Positions 31,639 through 41,678 of a DNA stretch of 64,000 nucleotides are shown here, piece by piece. Each line of letters begins with the position of its first letter. The stretch's first letter is position 1. The notes under the pieces were generated by a model. That model was not told the DNA's origin and searched no databases. It saw only the letters and a program-made list of their open reading frames with translations. The position numbers were made by a program, and so were the translations under genes. Origin of the DNA: an uncultured Verrucomicrobiae bacterium (GTDB lineage: Bacteria; Verrucomicrobiota; Verrucomicrobiia; Chthoniobacterales; Chthoniobacteraceae); NCBI GenBank assembly GCA_963828525.1, contig CAWHEP010000002.1:32001-96000 (forward strand). The letters are read 5' to 3'.

Positions 31639-34600
31639 TAGAAGTTCCCCTGCCGCGGTTGAATCCGCAGGAAACGCGCCGCCATAAAGCAAAGTAGCAA
31701 AGCCAGCGCCGCCATCCCCCACGCCGGCATGGCTGGAATGCTATCCGATGGTTGGATTGTGATCGTCAAGGTCGCGCTGGTCGTGCCTCCGCCATTGGTG
31801 GCGCTGATCCCCAGGCTCAATGTTCCAGAAGTGGTCGGTGTCCCGCTGATGATGCCTGTCGCGGGATCCAGACTCAACCCGGCCTGAGGCAACGAAGACG
31901 CGCTGTAGCTTGTCGGGCTATTGCTCGCTTGTATCTGGTAGCTGAAGGGCGTCCCATTCGTACCTGTCGCCGACAATGTGCCGGTAAACACAGGGGCGGG
32001 CGGGTTCGTCGTTAGGATCAGCGTGGCCGTTCCCGTTGCCGTGACGTTGTTGGCGCGCAATATCACGTTGGATGTGCCGACGCCTGTCGCTACTCCCGAG
32101 ATGACACCCGTCGCGCCGTTCGCGGAAAGGCCCGCGGGCAGCCCAGCCGCGCTGAAGTTGGTCGGGCTGTTGCTCGCCGTGATCGCGTAGCTAAAGGAAG
32201 TCCCAATTGTCGCGTTGGCGGTCAACGCGCTGCTGATCACCGGCCCGGGCGGATTTACCGTTAGCGTCAATGTGGCCGTTTTGGCTCCCGCGGCGTTGCT
32301 GGCGCTCAACGTAACGGAGGACGTGCCTGTGGTTGTCGCCGTTCCCGAGATGACCCCCGTCGTGGTGTTGATGCCCAGGCCCGAAGGCAGGCCCGTCGCT
32401 CCGAAGCTTGTCGGGCCGTTGCTCGCCGCGATCGTGTAACTAAACCCAGCTCCCAGTATCGCGGTCGCCGTGGTGCCGCTGCTGATAGCCGGCGCGCCAA
32501 GGTTGACCGTTAGCGCTAACGAGGCCGTTCCCGTTCCGCCTCCGTTGCTCGCGCTTAAGGTGATTGTTGACGAACCCGTGGCTACCGGTGTTCCTGAGAT
32601 CACTCCGCTCGCGCTGTTAAGCGTCAGGCCCGAAGGCAGGCCCGTCGCGTTGTAGCTCGTCGGGCTGTTGCTCGCCGTGATCGTGTAGCTGAAAGGAGTC
32701 TCGGTTGCCGCTGTTGCCGTCAACGCGCTACTAATCACTGGCGCGTTCGGGTTTACCGTCAGGGTCATGGTAGTCACCGTGGATCCCCCATCGTTGCTGG
32801 CCGTCAGCGTCACCCCAAACGTTCCCGTTACCGTTGGCGTCCCGGAGATGACACCAGTCGGCGTATTGATCGCCAAACCGCTCGGCAGACCATCCGCGTA
32901 GTAGCCGCTCGGGCTGTTGCTCGCCACGATGGTATAGCTATAGGCCGCGTTCAGAGTTCCCTGCGTCATCGTTGAGCTGCTTATCGTCGGCGCGAGCGGA
33001 TTGCTCGCGGTGACGGTGATGTTTTGCGCCCTTGCCGCGCCTAACACGGCGGCATTGTCGCTCGTCGCCGCGACGCCGATATACGCCTTCGTGCCCATCG
33101 ATACGGTTGTCGAACCGAGCGCCGTCCACGTTGCCCCATCCGGGGCTGTGTAGGCGGTAAAGGTGTTGCCCGAACGGGTCAGTCGCAGCCAGTAAGGCGC
33201 GATCAAAACGCTGTTCTGCGCCAACTGGACATTCGTTCCGCCCGCCGCAGCCCGCTGCTGAAAGAGGATGCCGTTCTGCGCGGTCGCCAACAGCGCGACG
33301 TTGTCTGAATTGGCGGCAAGCGTCTCGCGGATCATGATGCCCGCTTTCGCAAAAGGATTGCTATTCTCCACCCCTGTGACCTGGACGGTGATGGAGCTGT
33401 TCCCATCCGCTGGTTCATACATGTAGCGGCATTGATCCGCCGTTCCGCCGATATCCGCGCCGGAGGCCTCCACGGTTACTACCGCGCTGCTGTTGCGCGT
33501 AAACCCGGCCACGGCGGGCGAGCCGATGTCGGCGGCGGACCAGGTTGGGTTCGGCAGGACGTTCACCGAATCAAATACGGCTGTGCAGCGGGCCGCGCTG
33601 TTATGGTCGGTGACCGCCAGCCCCACATACGCGGTGCCCGACATCGCCAGAGTCTGCGATGGCCCCTGCTGTGTCCAGATCAAGCCGTCCGGTGAATTAT
33701 AGGCCGTGAAAGTGGAGCCAGACCGCGCCAGTTTCACCCAGAACGGCGCGACGGGTCCCGCAGCTCCTTGCCAGGTGGTATTGCCGCCGGTGGATGGCCT
33801 CCATTGCGCGCCCACCCCGGTACTGGCCGTCAAAACTGAAAACATATTGGTCGCGTTCGCGGCTAATGTTTCCCGGATCATGACGCCTGCTTTGGCCACG
33901 GGGCTGCCGCCCTGTATAGACACTACCCGCGCGATGATTGCGCCGTCTCCCGTCATCGGCTGGCTGACATAGTGGAATGCGTCGGCTGTGCCCCAAATGT
34001 CCGCGCCCGCTCCGACGACCGTGTAGGTTCCGCTTTGGTAAGCCGCGCTGCCGCTGAGGTTCACCGACCCGATGTCTTCTGAACTCCACGCCTTGTAGCC
34101 CGCGCCCATCATTGGCGTTCCGCTCACCGCGGACGTATCGGCGCTTGTTCCGGAGGAGCCCACCGCGTCCACCTTATAGTAGTACGCCGCGCCGTTGCTC
34201 AACCCGGTGCCGCTGAAGTAAGGGATCGTCAGGTTGTTCGCTGCGACGGTGTAAGGCCCATTGACCGATGTCGCGCTCATCACAATATAGCTCGTCGCGA
34301 AAGTGGAAGGATTCCAACAAAGATCAATCTGGCCATCCCAGGCCGTCGCTGTCAGTCCGGACGGCGGTAACGGCGTCTGAACCGCCGGGTCAACGACCAC
34401 GTTGAAGGTTGCCGTGGCTTTGTTGTTGTTTATATCCTTGGCTGAAACAGTCACCGTCGTCGTTCCATTGGCGAACAGGGATCCCGACGCCGGAACATTG
34501 GTCGTCACGCAGGAACCGCCACCCTCATCGACTGCCGTTGTCGTAAAGTTCACCACCGCTCCCGTGCTGCCAGTCGCCTGAACAACAACAGTCGAAGGGA

Positions 34601-37600
34601 CCGTGATCACAGGCGGTGTAGTGTAAGGGATCGTCAGCTTTAACGTCGCGGAACCCGTCCCCCCAAGGTTCATGGCGCCCAGGCCCACATTGAAAATTCC
34701 GGAGGCTGCAAGGATTCCCGAAATCACCCCGTTGGCGCTGTTCAGGCTCGCGCCGGCGGGGAGTCCGCTCGCGCTGTAGCTCGTCGGGTTGTTGCTCGCT
34801 GTGATCGTGTAGTTGAAAGCCGTTCCCACGATACCGGACGCCGTCGTGCCGCTAGTGATGACTGGGGCCGGCGGAGCATTCACGGTTAGGATCATCGTCG
34901 CCACCGGCCCAGGTCCCCAGCTATTGTGCCCGGTCAGTTGGACGTTCCAGGTGCCCGTGGTTGTCGGCGTCCCGGTGATGAGTTGATTGTCTGAGACGAT
35001 GCTCATTCCCGGAGGCAACCCGGTCGCGCTGAGGCCGTTCATGCCGTTGGTCCCATGAAGATAATCGTTGAACGCTACTCCAGCCGTTGCCGTGGCAGTC
35101 AACGGGCTGGTGATCACGGGACCGGGAGGATTGACCGTTAATAACAAATGTCCCGTGCAGACTCCAACGCTGGTGGTGGCGCTCAACGTGACGTTAAACT
35201 CCACAGAGCTGGAGCTGCTTACCACCGCCGCCGTGCCCGAAATGAGCCCTGTCGTCGCATTGACGCTCAACCCCGACGGCAAACCGGTGGCGTTGAAGCC
35301 CGTCGGATTGGCGGTTGCCGTGATCGTGTAGCTAAATGGCGCAAGACTCCCGGCAATTCCTTGAGGCAGGCTTGTTATCGACGCGGACGAATCGAACACC
35401 GTGGATAACATCGGGTTGAGCGCGAAGGCATTGGACGTTGTCCAGCCGGACCAATCTGAGGAAATGGTGCTGCTCGAACTGGTCACAATATTTGGCGTCA
35501 CTCCCTTGCCGGTGGTATCATAAAGTCCCCAACTATCCGTGCCGGAGCCGTGTGTTGCTTTATAACTCCACATACTCCAGTTCATCCCGGCGTTGTTAAA
35601 GTCGTTGATCACGTACTGCCAGGCGGGCGTTCCGGTCCCGAAAGCGTTGAATTCCCCAATATAAGCCGGCGTGTTATAGGACAAATGGTTGTTATAGTCG
35701 ATGACTTGGTTATCCGCGCCTGCTTCGACGCCGCTGATGGTTGCATTAGACCACGCGTACTCGTGCATCTTGTACGCGACATTCGTCCAGCCAACGGAGG
35801 CCGGGTTCGGAAGCATGCCCCAATTCCAGTTTCCCCAGGTGCCTTCCATAAAAATCATATGGTTGGGGTCCACGGCGCGAACGGCGGTGTAGAGGTTACT
35901 AAGTTGGGTGATCACAGCCTGGTTATTAGGCGCTCCACTGGGCTCATTGAGGAGATCGTACCCGGCGATCCAGGGATTGCCCCGGTAATGAGCCGCGATC
36001 GCCGACCACATCAACTGCGTGTTGGCCTGATCATTCGTGTTGCTCCAATATTGGTTCAGATTCTGGCAACCCGTGTTCGCGGAAGTGCTCTGCCCCCCGA
36101 AGACCCCATGCATATCGATGATGACGCGGATACCGCGCTCCGCCGCCGCGCCGACGAGCCAGTCCAGCATCGTAAACGCGTCGCTGCGCATCGCCGGGTT
36201 GGTCGTCCCACGGGCGCTGAGCGGATAAAAATCGCCCCACCAGACAGGCGCGCGAACCAGGTTCAGGCCTTGCGCCTTGATGTTGTCCAGATCCGCGGAG
36301 TTGATCCAGTTCTGGCGATACGTCTGCACCAGGCTTTGCTCCGTCGCGATCCCGAAACGCGCGTCCAGTTCGCTGATTATGCTATACTCGTCGGGCAGTC
36401 CGGACGAGTCGGCCGGTGTCATCCACGGCTCCATCACCAGCCACCCGCCCAAATTCACTCCTTTGAGCTGGACGGTTTGCGCTCCGCTGGAGCCATTGAC
36501 GATCGCTGTTCCGCTCGCCTGCAATATGGCCGGCGTGAACACATCCAGCGCGGACGAGGGCTGGCGGTTGGTCCAGGCAGATTGTAGGTACCCGCGCCAT
36601 AGGGGATCCGCTTCCGGTTCCCAGTAAATCGCCCCGAGGCCTTTGCCGCTCGGTACGCCGCGCATGATGTTCAGAATGTTATTCACAAAGTCGAAATTAG
36701 GCAGCGGGTTGTAAGTGGTCCCCGAGTAGATGTTCGGTGGCTCCATTTCCATCATCATCACTCCTCCCCCTCCTTGGCCCGGCGTCGTGAAGCTGGCCGC
36801 CAAATCATTCACCGTCGTCTGGATATCGCTGAAAAGCCCGCCACTTACGTCTGTCGCCGAGACGTCCCAGTGTCCGCCGTTTCCTCGCAGGTTATTGAAG
36901 AATCCCTTGTCCAGCCCGTCATTGTGCGCGCGGTCAATGTGAACCACCGTCGCGATAGTGGGGTTGACAGCTTTTACCGCGTTGTAGCCGGCATTGATGA
37001 AGGTCGCGAGGCTTGCCCCCGTGCCGTAGTTAGGCGACACGCGGGGCGTCGTGCCAGGGTCGTTTTCGATAGCGCACAACATGCCGTTGGTGATTTCATT
37101 GCCAAGCGCGATCCATTCCGGCGTGACGCCGCCGGCTTGCAATTCCTGCGCCACGTAGGTGGTATAGCTGCTGATTTCCTGTGTTAGCTTGGTTACCGCC
37201 TGCGCGGACGACATCCCGGCGATGTCGCTGACCCATTGCACCGGAATTCTTTGGGTGCCAGGATCCGCGAACGTCCAGCTGTAATGCAGGCTGATCATGA
37301 GGCGCATACCCAGAGCGGACGCTTTCTGGGCCACAGGCAGCATCTCGTCGATGGTGCAATTTCCAGCTAGTTGGTTATCCCAGTTTGACGCCACCACCGG
37401 CGGTACAAATATGCGGAGCCGGATCGTGTCTATGTTGCGCTCCTTTAGTATCTTTAGACAGTTCGTGACCGGGTCCGGATCCAATTGCTGCCCGGTCGTG
37501 TCGTAGAACTGGAATTTGCTGACCCCCATCTGTTGCAGCCAGCTCACGTCCGCGCCCTTCGCCATATCTGGCGGCGCTGGGAAGACCACTACCGTGAGCG

Positions 37601-38207
37601 GACGTGTTACGGTTCCGCTGGCACCCGTCGACCCCAGGCTCAGGGAGAAGGTGCCCGTTGTTGTCGGCATTCCGGAGATCACGCCCGTTGCGCTATTCAA
37701 GCTCAGCCCGGCAGGCACCCCGGTGGCGCTGAAACTCGTCGGGTTATTCGGCCCGAGGATCGCGTAATAGAAGCCCAGTCCGATCCGGCCCGTCGCCAGC
37801 GTCGCCGTCGGAAAAATCACGATTGTTAGCGGCTGCGTTGCGGTTCCGCTGGCATTGCTCGCCCCCAGGCTCAGCGAGAACGAGCCGCTCGTCATCGCTG
37901 TTCCAGAGATCACGGCAGTCGCGCTGTTAAAGCTCAACCCGGCAGGCACCCCGGTTGCCGTGAAGCTCGTCGCGCCGTTGGTCGCCGTAAGCGCGTAACT
38001 GAAACTCAAGCCAACGCTACCCGTCGCCAGCGAAGGGCTGGTGATCAGCGGCGCTCCCGTCTGGGCGTTCAGAGAGGCAGCCAAACAGAAAAACAGCGCG
38101 GCTAAGATCGCCCACCGGCGCCAGAACGCGCGAAGAAACGCAAAGTGGCGGCGCTCTCGATAAATAAGTGGAGCGATCAAAGTGAAACCTTTAGCGGCGG
38201 GATGCAC
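31638..38207 (-). CDS. 2189-aa surface protein: Ig (He_PIG) repeats, GH53 galactanase, GH5 glucanase, HYR, FN3, two beta-sandwich modules, IPTL-CTERM-like anchor
   Basis: GH53 motifs KGADVSW, IRLRIFV, HYSWTFADPG, GNEI, YWEP; GH5 motifs GVNLGGWLVMEPW, DLLNEP, IGEF; repeated GLPxGLSxNxxTGVISGTP; C-terminal IPAMPAWG-TM-basic. Confidence 0.9.
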   Translation of the reverse strand: MHPAAKGFTLIAPLIYRERRHFAFLRAFWRRWAILAALFFCLAASLNAQTGAPLITSPSLATGSVGLSFSYALTATNGATSFTATGVPAGLSFNSATAVISGTAMTSGSFSLSLGASNASGTATQPLTIVIFPTATLATGRIGLGFYYAILGPNNPTSFSATGVPAGLSLNSATGVISGMPTTTGTFSLSLGSTGASGTVTRPLTVVVFPAPPDMAKGADVSWLQQMGVSKFQFYDTTGQQLDPDPVTNCLKILKERNIDTIRLRIFVPPVVASNWDNQLAGNCTIDEMLPVAQKASALGMRLMISLHYSWTFADPGTQRIPVQWVSDIAGMSSAQAVTKLTQEISSYTTYVAQELQAGGVTPEWIALGNEITNGMLCAIENDPGTTPRVSPNYGTGASLATFINAGYNAVKAVNPTIATVVHIDRAHNDGLDKGFFNNLRGNGGHWDVSATDVSGGLFSDIQTTVNDLAASFTTPGQGGGGVMMMEMEPPNIYSGTTYNPLPNFDFVNNILNIMRGVPSGKGLGAIYWEPEADPLWRGYLQSAWTNRQPSSALDVFTPAILQASGTAIVNGSSGAQTVQLKGVNLGGWLVMEPWMTPADSSGLPDEYSIISELDARFGIATEQSLVQTYRQNWINSADLDNIKAQGLNLVRAPVWWGDFYPLSARGTTNPAMRSDAFTMLDWLVGAAAERGIRVIIDMHGVFGGQSTSANTGCQNLNQYWSNTNDQANTQLMWSAIAAHYRGNPWIAGYDLLNEPSGAPNNQAVITQLSNLYTAVRAVDPNHMIFMEGTWGNWNWGMLPNPASVGWTNVAYKMHEYAWSNATISGVEAGADNQVIDYNNHLSYNTPAYIGEFNAFGTGTPAWQYVINDFNNAGMNWSMWSYKATHGSGTDSWGLYDTTGKGVTPNIVTSSSSTISSDWSGWTTSNAFALNPMLSTVFDSSASITSLPQGIAGSLAPFSYTITATANPTGFNATGLPSGLSVNATTGLISGTAAVVSSSSSVEFNVTLSATTSVGVCTGHLLLTVNPPGPVITSPLTATATAGVAFNDYLHGTNGMNGLSATGLPPGMSIVSDNQLITGTPTTTGTWNVQLTGHNSWGPGPVATMILTVNAPPAPVITSGTTASGIVGTAFNYTITASNNPTSYSASGLPAGASLNSANGVISGILAASGIFNVGLGAMNLGGTGSATLKLTIPYTTPPVITVPSTVVVQATGSTGAVVNFTTTAVDEGGGSCVTTNVPASGSLFANGTTTVTVSAKDINNNKATATFNVVVDPAVQTPLPPSGLTATAWDGQIDLCWNPSTFATSYIVMSATSVNGPYTVAANNLTIPYFSGTGLSNGAAYYYKVDAVGSSGTSADTSAVSGTPMMGAGYKAWSSEDIGSVNLSGSAAYQSGTYTVVGAGADIWGTADAFHYVSQPMTGDGAIIARVVSIQGGSPVAKAGVMIRETLAANATNMFSVLTASTGVGAQWRPSTGGNTTWQGAAGPVAPFWVKLARSGSTFTAYNSPDGLIWTQQGPSQTLAMSGTAYVGLAVTDHNSAARCTAVFDSVNVLPNPTWSAADIGSPAVAGFTRNSSAVVTVEASGADIGGTADQCRYMYEPADGNSSITVQVTGVENSNPFAKAGIMIRETLAANSDNVALLATAQNGILFQQRAAAGGTNVQLAQNSVLIAPYWLRLTRSGNTFTAYTAPDGATWTALGSTTVSMGTKAYIGVAATSDNAAVLGAARAQNITVTASNPLAPTISSSTMTQGTLNAAYSYTIVASNSPSGYYADGLPSGLAINTPTGVISGTPTVTGTFGVTLTASNDGGSTVTTMTLTVNPNAPVISSALTATAATETPFSYTITASNSPTSYNATGLPSGLTLNSASGVISGTPVATGSSTITLSASNGGGTGTASLALTVNLGAPAISSGTTATAILGAGFSYTIAASNGPTSFGATGLPSGLGINTTTGVISGTATTTGTSSVTLSASNAAGAKTATLTLTVNPPGPVISSALTANATIGTSFSYAITASNSPTNFSAAGLPAGLSANGATGVISGVATGVGTSNVILRANNVTATGTATLILTTNPPAPVFTGTLSATGTNGTPFSYQIQASNSPTSYSASSLPQAGLSLDPATGIISGTPTTSGTLSLGISATNGGGTTSATLTITIQPSDSIPAMPAWGMAALALLLCFMAARFLRIQPRQGNF

Positions 38208-38505
38208 TCTAAAACAGGTCTGCGTCCTGTCAAAGGCATTCTCCGGCGTCCCGCCAGCTCGACACTTCTCGCTGGCTCTTGCCCGCTTCTGCCTATGTCC
38301 ATTTGAAACAATTGCTCTCGCGCGGCATGCCTCAGTTCTTCAACAGTCTCCTGAGGGGTCTCATCTTGCGAACCTGCGCCAGTATTGTGGAGCAGTATTA
38401 CAATATTGTCATTTTAAAATGCTTTTCTACCTTCATCACGCTGGTGAATCCTCTGGAGAACTCAGAACCAGTCGGTTCCGGCCGCGTCCTGGAGACAACA
38501 CGAGA

Positions 38506-38724
38506 ATGAATCTAAAAGCATTGATCGGACTGGTTTTTGGAGCTGTCGTTAGCATCGCCATTGCCGATTTTGTAATTTTCCATCAGAGGGGCGCAATTAC
38601 GGTTGCGCCCAATCCAGTCAGCCACCAGTCAATCGTCGCGCAAGAACCGAACCAGGAGGGATCAAAAAGGAGCCAGTTGCCGCAAACCTCCTCTCAGGTT
38701 CCGCTCGTTTCTGTAAGCAGATAG
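38506..38724 (+). pseudogene. Exported protein truncated by MITE-like unit A
   Basis: MNLKALIGLVFGAVV... ends VSR* supplied by the repeat unit. Confidence 0.55.
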
Positions 38725-39446
38725 GGGGTCAGGCAACATTTCTTTCTTACAGATTGACCCACTTTTGGAGGGGGATGGGGAGCTTCGTCTTTCGGTTTGG
38801 CTGGCGGCGCAGTTGTTGGCTGGCGTTTTCGGGGCTTTTCATGGCTAGGTGGCTTGCGATCCACCGCAAATCCGCCTGGGTGTTTTCCCATATAACCCGG
38901 GCTATGGCGACCTTTATAAGGCTGCTGCCAGGTTTGACTGCCAGCTCCCGGTCGTTTACCCCGCGGCTTGCAATCCCTGCGCCAGCAACCGCTCCGCCTC
39001 TTGCAGGCCATGCGCGCGGCTTTCCCCACTGGCACGGTATCCGCGGTGGCGCGCCCTTTTTTAATGTCGCCTCGCCGAGCTTAAGCATCCCTTCGGCAAA
39101 CGCCTGGCTCCCCCAATACCATCCGCGTCTTAAAGAACTCATGCGCCGGTCCGCTTCGGCATCCTCAACCGGCACCCCGGCTCTCTCGGCCACTTCTTCG
39201 GCCGCCCGCCGATCCAGACCTCTCACGAACTCTCGCCTGCCCGCCGCCGTATCCGTATATCCCAGTTCCCGCAGGCCTTCACCGACTGCGAGCCACTTCG
39301 CGCGTTTGCCAGCAGTCAGCGCGTATCCGCAGGCCACGCTGCTCCAGGCATAATCCATCACGCTTTGCCCGCCCGAGGATCGATCAACCTGGCCAAATAA
39401 GCGAGGTATCTGTCAAGAAATGTTGCCTGACCCCGATTCCATGCGC
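38712..39446 (-). mobile_element. MITE-like RAYT deletion derivative, copy A
   Basis: Inverted end repeats at 38724-38751 and 39411-39434 enclose the RAYT C-terminal half (DYAWSS, LRRGWYWGSQAF, WIASHLAMKS); near-identical to 41666-42397. Confidence 0.85.
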
Positions 39447-39588
39447 CAAATAGGCTTTCAAGCAGCGGTTCCTAATCAGTTTGTGAGCCTGGATCGTCTT
39501 GCTCCAAGTCCTATAAGAGCAGCGCGGGGAATTTGCCCTCGCTTCGCTCAAAAAGGCAGGGACGAAGCATCAACTGCCCGATTCCTTT

Positions 39589-39980
39589 GGGGGTCAGCCT
39601 GCATTTCTTGACAGACAGCATCGTTCCAGCACAGATGAAATACCTCCAGCATCCGTGAAACTCCGCGCCATCCGAGTTAAAACCTCTTCTCTTCCTTTGC
39701 GTCCTCCGCGCCCTTGCGCGAGACGTCTCCCCTCTGCGGCCTCGTTCCCAAGCTGCGCTTGGGCACGCAACTGCCTCCGAAATTGCGCATCGTCCCCATC
39801 CAAAAAATCCGCGAAATCCGTGGTGCAAAAAAACCTCCCGACCGCGCACCTCAGCGTCTCCGTCATTCATCAAGAGCCATAGGGACCGGAGCGGTATTGA
39901 CCTGCGTATCGTAGTCGATAACTACTTGGGACAGCGGGCTCCACAGCGGATCGCGCTGTTGAAAAATGCAGCCTGACCCC
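39589..39980. repeat. Third inverted pair of end repeats enclosing other short repeats
   Basis: GGGGGTCAGCCTGCATTTCTTGACA (39589-39613) and TTGAAAAATGCAGCCTGACCCC (39959-39980). Confidence 0.7.
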
Positions 39981-40177
39981 TGGAAAGCCGCGCCGCTGGA
40001 GAATTCAATGGAAATCCCCAGATGGCGTGGGAACCTGATGGTGGATCGGGAGAAGGCGGCGTGTCGTGCTGATCGTCGTCGCTCGTAAAAGGAGAAGAGA
40101 TTCGATCCATTCGGATCTCTTTTTAGCTTGGAGGGATTGACCGTAAACTGGCCGATGGTAAACTGGATTGAGGAAAT

Positions 40178-41069
40178 ATGAGAAAGCAAACCGCAATCAC
40201 CCTCATGTTTTGTTTCTCTGTCGGATTGGGTGCTGAGACTAATCCCGCTACGATTGGTTTCGACATTATAGCTGTGCGACCTGATGGACTCGGGATGCGT
40301 TTTGTCATACCTTTTTCCCGTGACGGAAGGTGAAGGCGGAAAACGTATTTGGGAGGCTATAAGCGATCCCTTTTATGCGAAGAGCGAGGAGGCTCTAAAG
40401 GTTCAAGACGTAAACCTGTTCTCGCTATGTCGCATAAAGATCACCGCTGACAACGGACAGGGCAAGACCACCCATCTGAACATAGACTTTTCTCAAATCG
40501 ACATCCCCAAGTTCGTCAAAATCAATAAGGATGAAGTCGTCTCATCCATTTTGAGGTGCATTATCTATTCCACCCAATTCCCGCCACACCAAAAGCCGTC
40601 GATTTCACTCGTTGGTAAGCTGGAAGACAAGGACTTGCTAGACCAAGCATCGAAGCAATATGAAAAGGCATCCCAGGAGAGCACCGACTTCGATTTCAGT
40701 AAGCCGTATCATCCGACTATAACGCATCCCACCCTTGCCGAACAGCTCGACATAAAGTCGAGTAATATAATTGCGAATACGGTGTTAGCGGATGTTTCCA
40801 ATAACGCCGATGATAAAATCATCGTGCGGGATTTACGTATTAAGCCATACACAGCGTTGCATGATCGGCATTATTACCGATTTGAATTCTATTCATCCGG
40901 CGTCCTTCAGAACTGTGACACATTTTGGGACATGAGTGAGCCGGGTAAAGTGACAGCCACCTGGCGCGGCAATGACGTTTGCAATATTTCGCTCATTGAC
41001 GGTTGGCTTCAAGTCACCTTCGAACGGGATAAATTGCCGCATTGGGCCTTCTCAAGGAGGGTTGACTAA
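40178..41069 (+). CDS. Hypothetical exported protein, AT-richer than the core, probable frameshift in a T-run near 40312
   Basis: AGGA RBS and MRKQTAITLMFCFSVGLGA signal peptide, in a different frame from the 261-aa ORF. Confidence 0.55.
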
Positions 41070-41292
41070 TCCTAAACATAATCCTTACACCCCCGCTTCC
41101 ACGGTTGATTTCCGGCCTCAATTTGGCGCTGGTGACCTCCATTCCCCGTGAGAGTGACACCACAGCGGATTTTGGGATGCGGGCACCACGGAGTTTGTGG
41201 AATATAGCTCATGGTATTCAGGGCAGCGTCTCCAATTGGGGACATTTATTTTGCTTGTGGAAAATCTGCCATGTGTTGAAATGTAAGGGCCA

Positions 41293-41547
41293 ATGACTCG
41301 AAGGCACAAACTGGAATATCCGATTGGACAGGGATATACGCTGGGCAAGCCGACACAAGGACGCACCGGGCTCGGTCGCTTTGTAACCCTGATGGAAGTC
41401 ACCGAGGATGGAAAGGTGATTGTCGAGGACACCAAGGGAAAGACGGCCACGGTCAAGTTTTGCAACCTTGGAAGCATCGTTGATCTAGACGGCAACATTC
41501 TTGACATGACAAAATACGCTCCGCGAAAGAAAAATCGCCAACCATGA
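41293..41547 (+). CDS. Small hypothetical protein
   Basis: 84 aa, beta-rich with a basic tail; ATGA overlap with the next ORF. Confidence 0.55.
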   Translation: MTRRHKLEYPIGQGYTLGKPTQGRTGLGRFVTLMEVTEDGKVIVEDTKGKTATVKFCNLGSIVDLDGNILDMTKYAPRKKNRQP

Positions 41548-41678
41548 CCACACCCAACCTGAGCCTTAAACACCTCGAACATCTCCTGGCTCTCACGAAG
41601 GAGAAGCTGGCCCTATCCATAGATCTGGAAAAGATTGAGAAGAAGATCGCCTCGATATTTGGCGGTGTAAGCAGATAG
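41544..41678 (+). pseudogene. N-terminus of a small coiled-coil protein truncated by MITE-like unit B
   Basis: MTTPNLSLKHLEHLLALTKEKLALSIDLEKIEKKIASIFGG then VSR* from the repeat unit. Confidence 0.55.

Noticed and set aside
31760..38050. Internal nucleotide repeats in the large gene
   Set aside because: Explained by repeated Ig domains; no reverse transcriptase or TR/VR pattern suggesting a DGR
38713..38718. GTAAGC at the MITE-like left end as an IS66 terminus
   Set aside because: Only six bases match, with no inverted counterpart at the right end and no 8-bp target duplication
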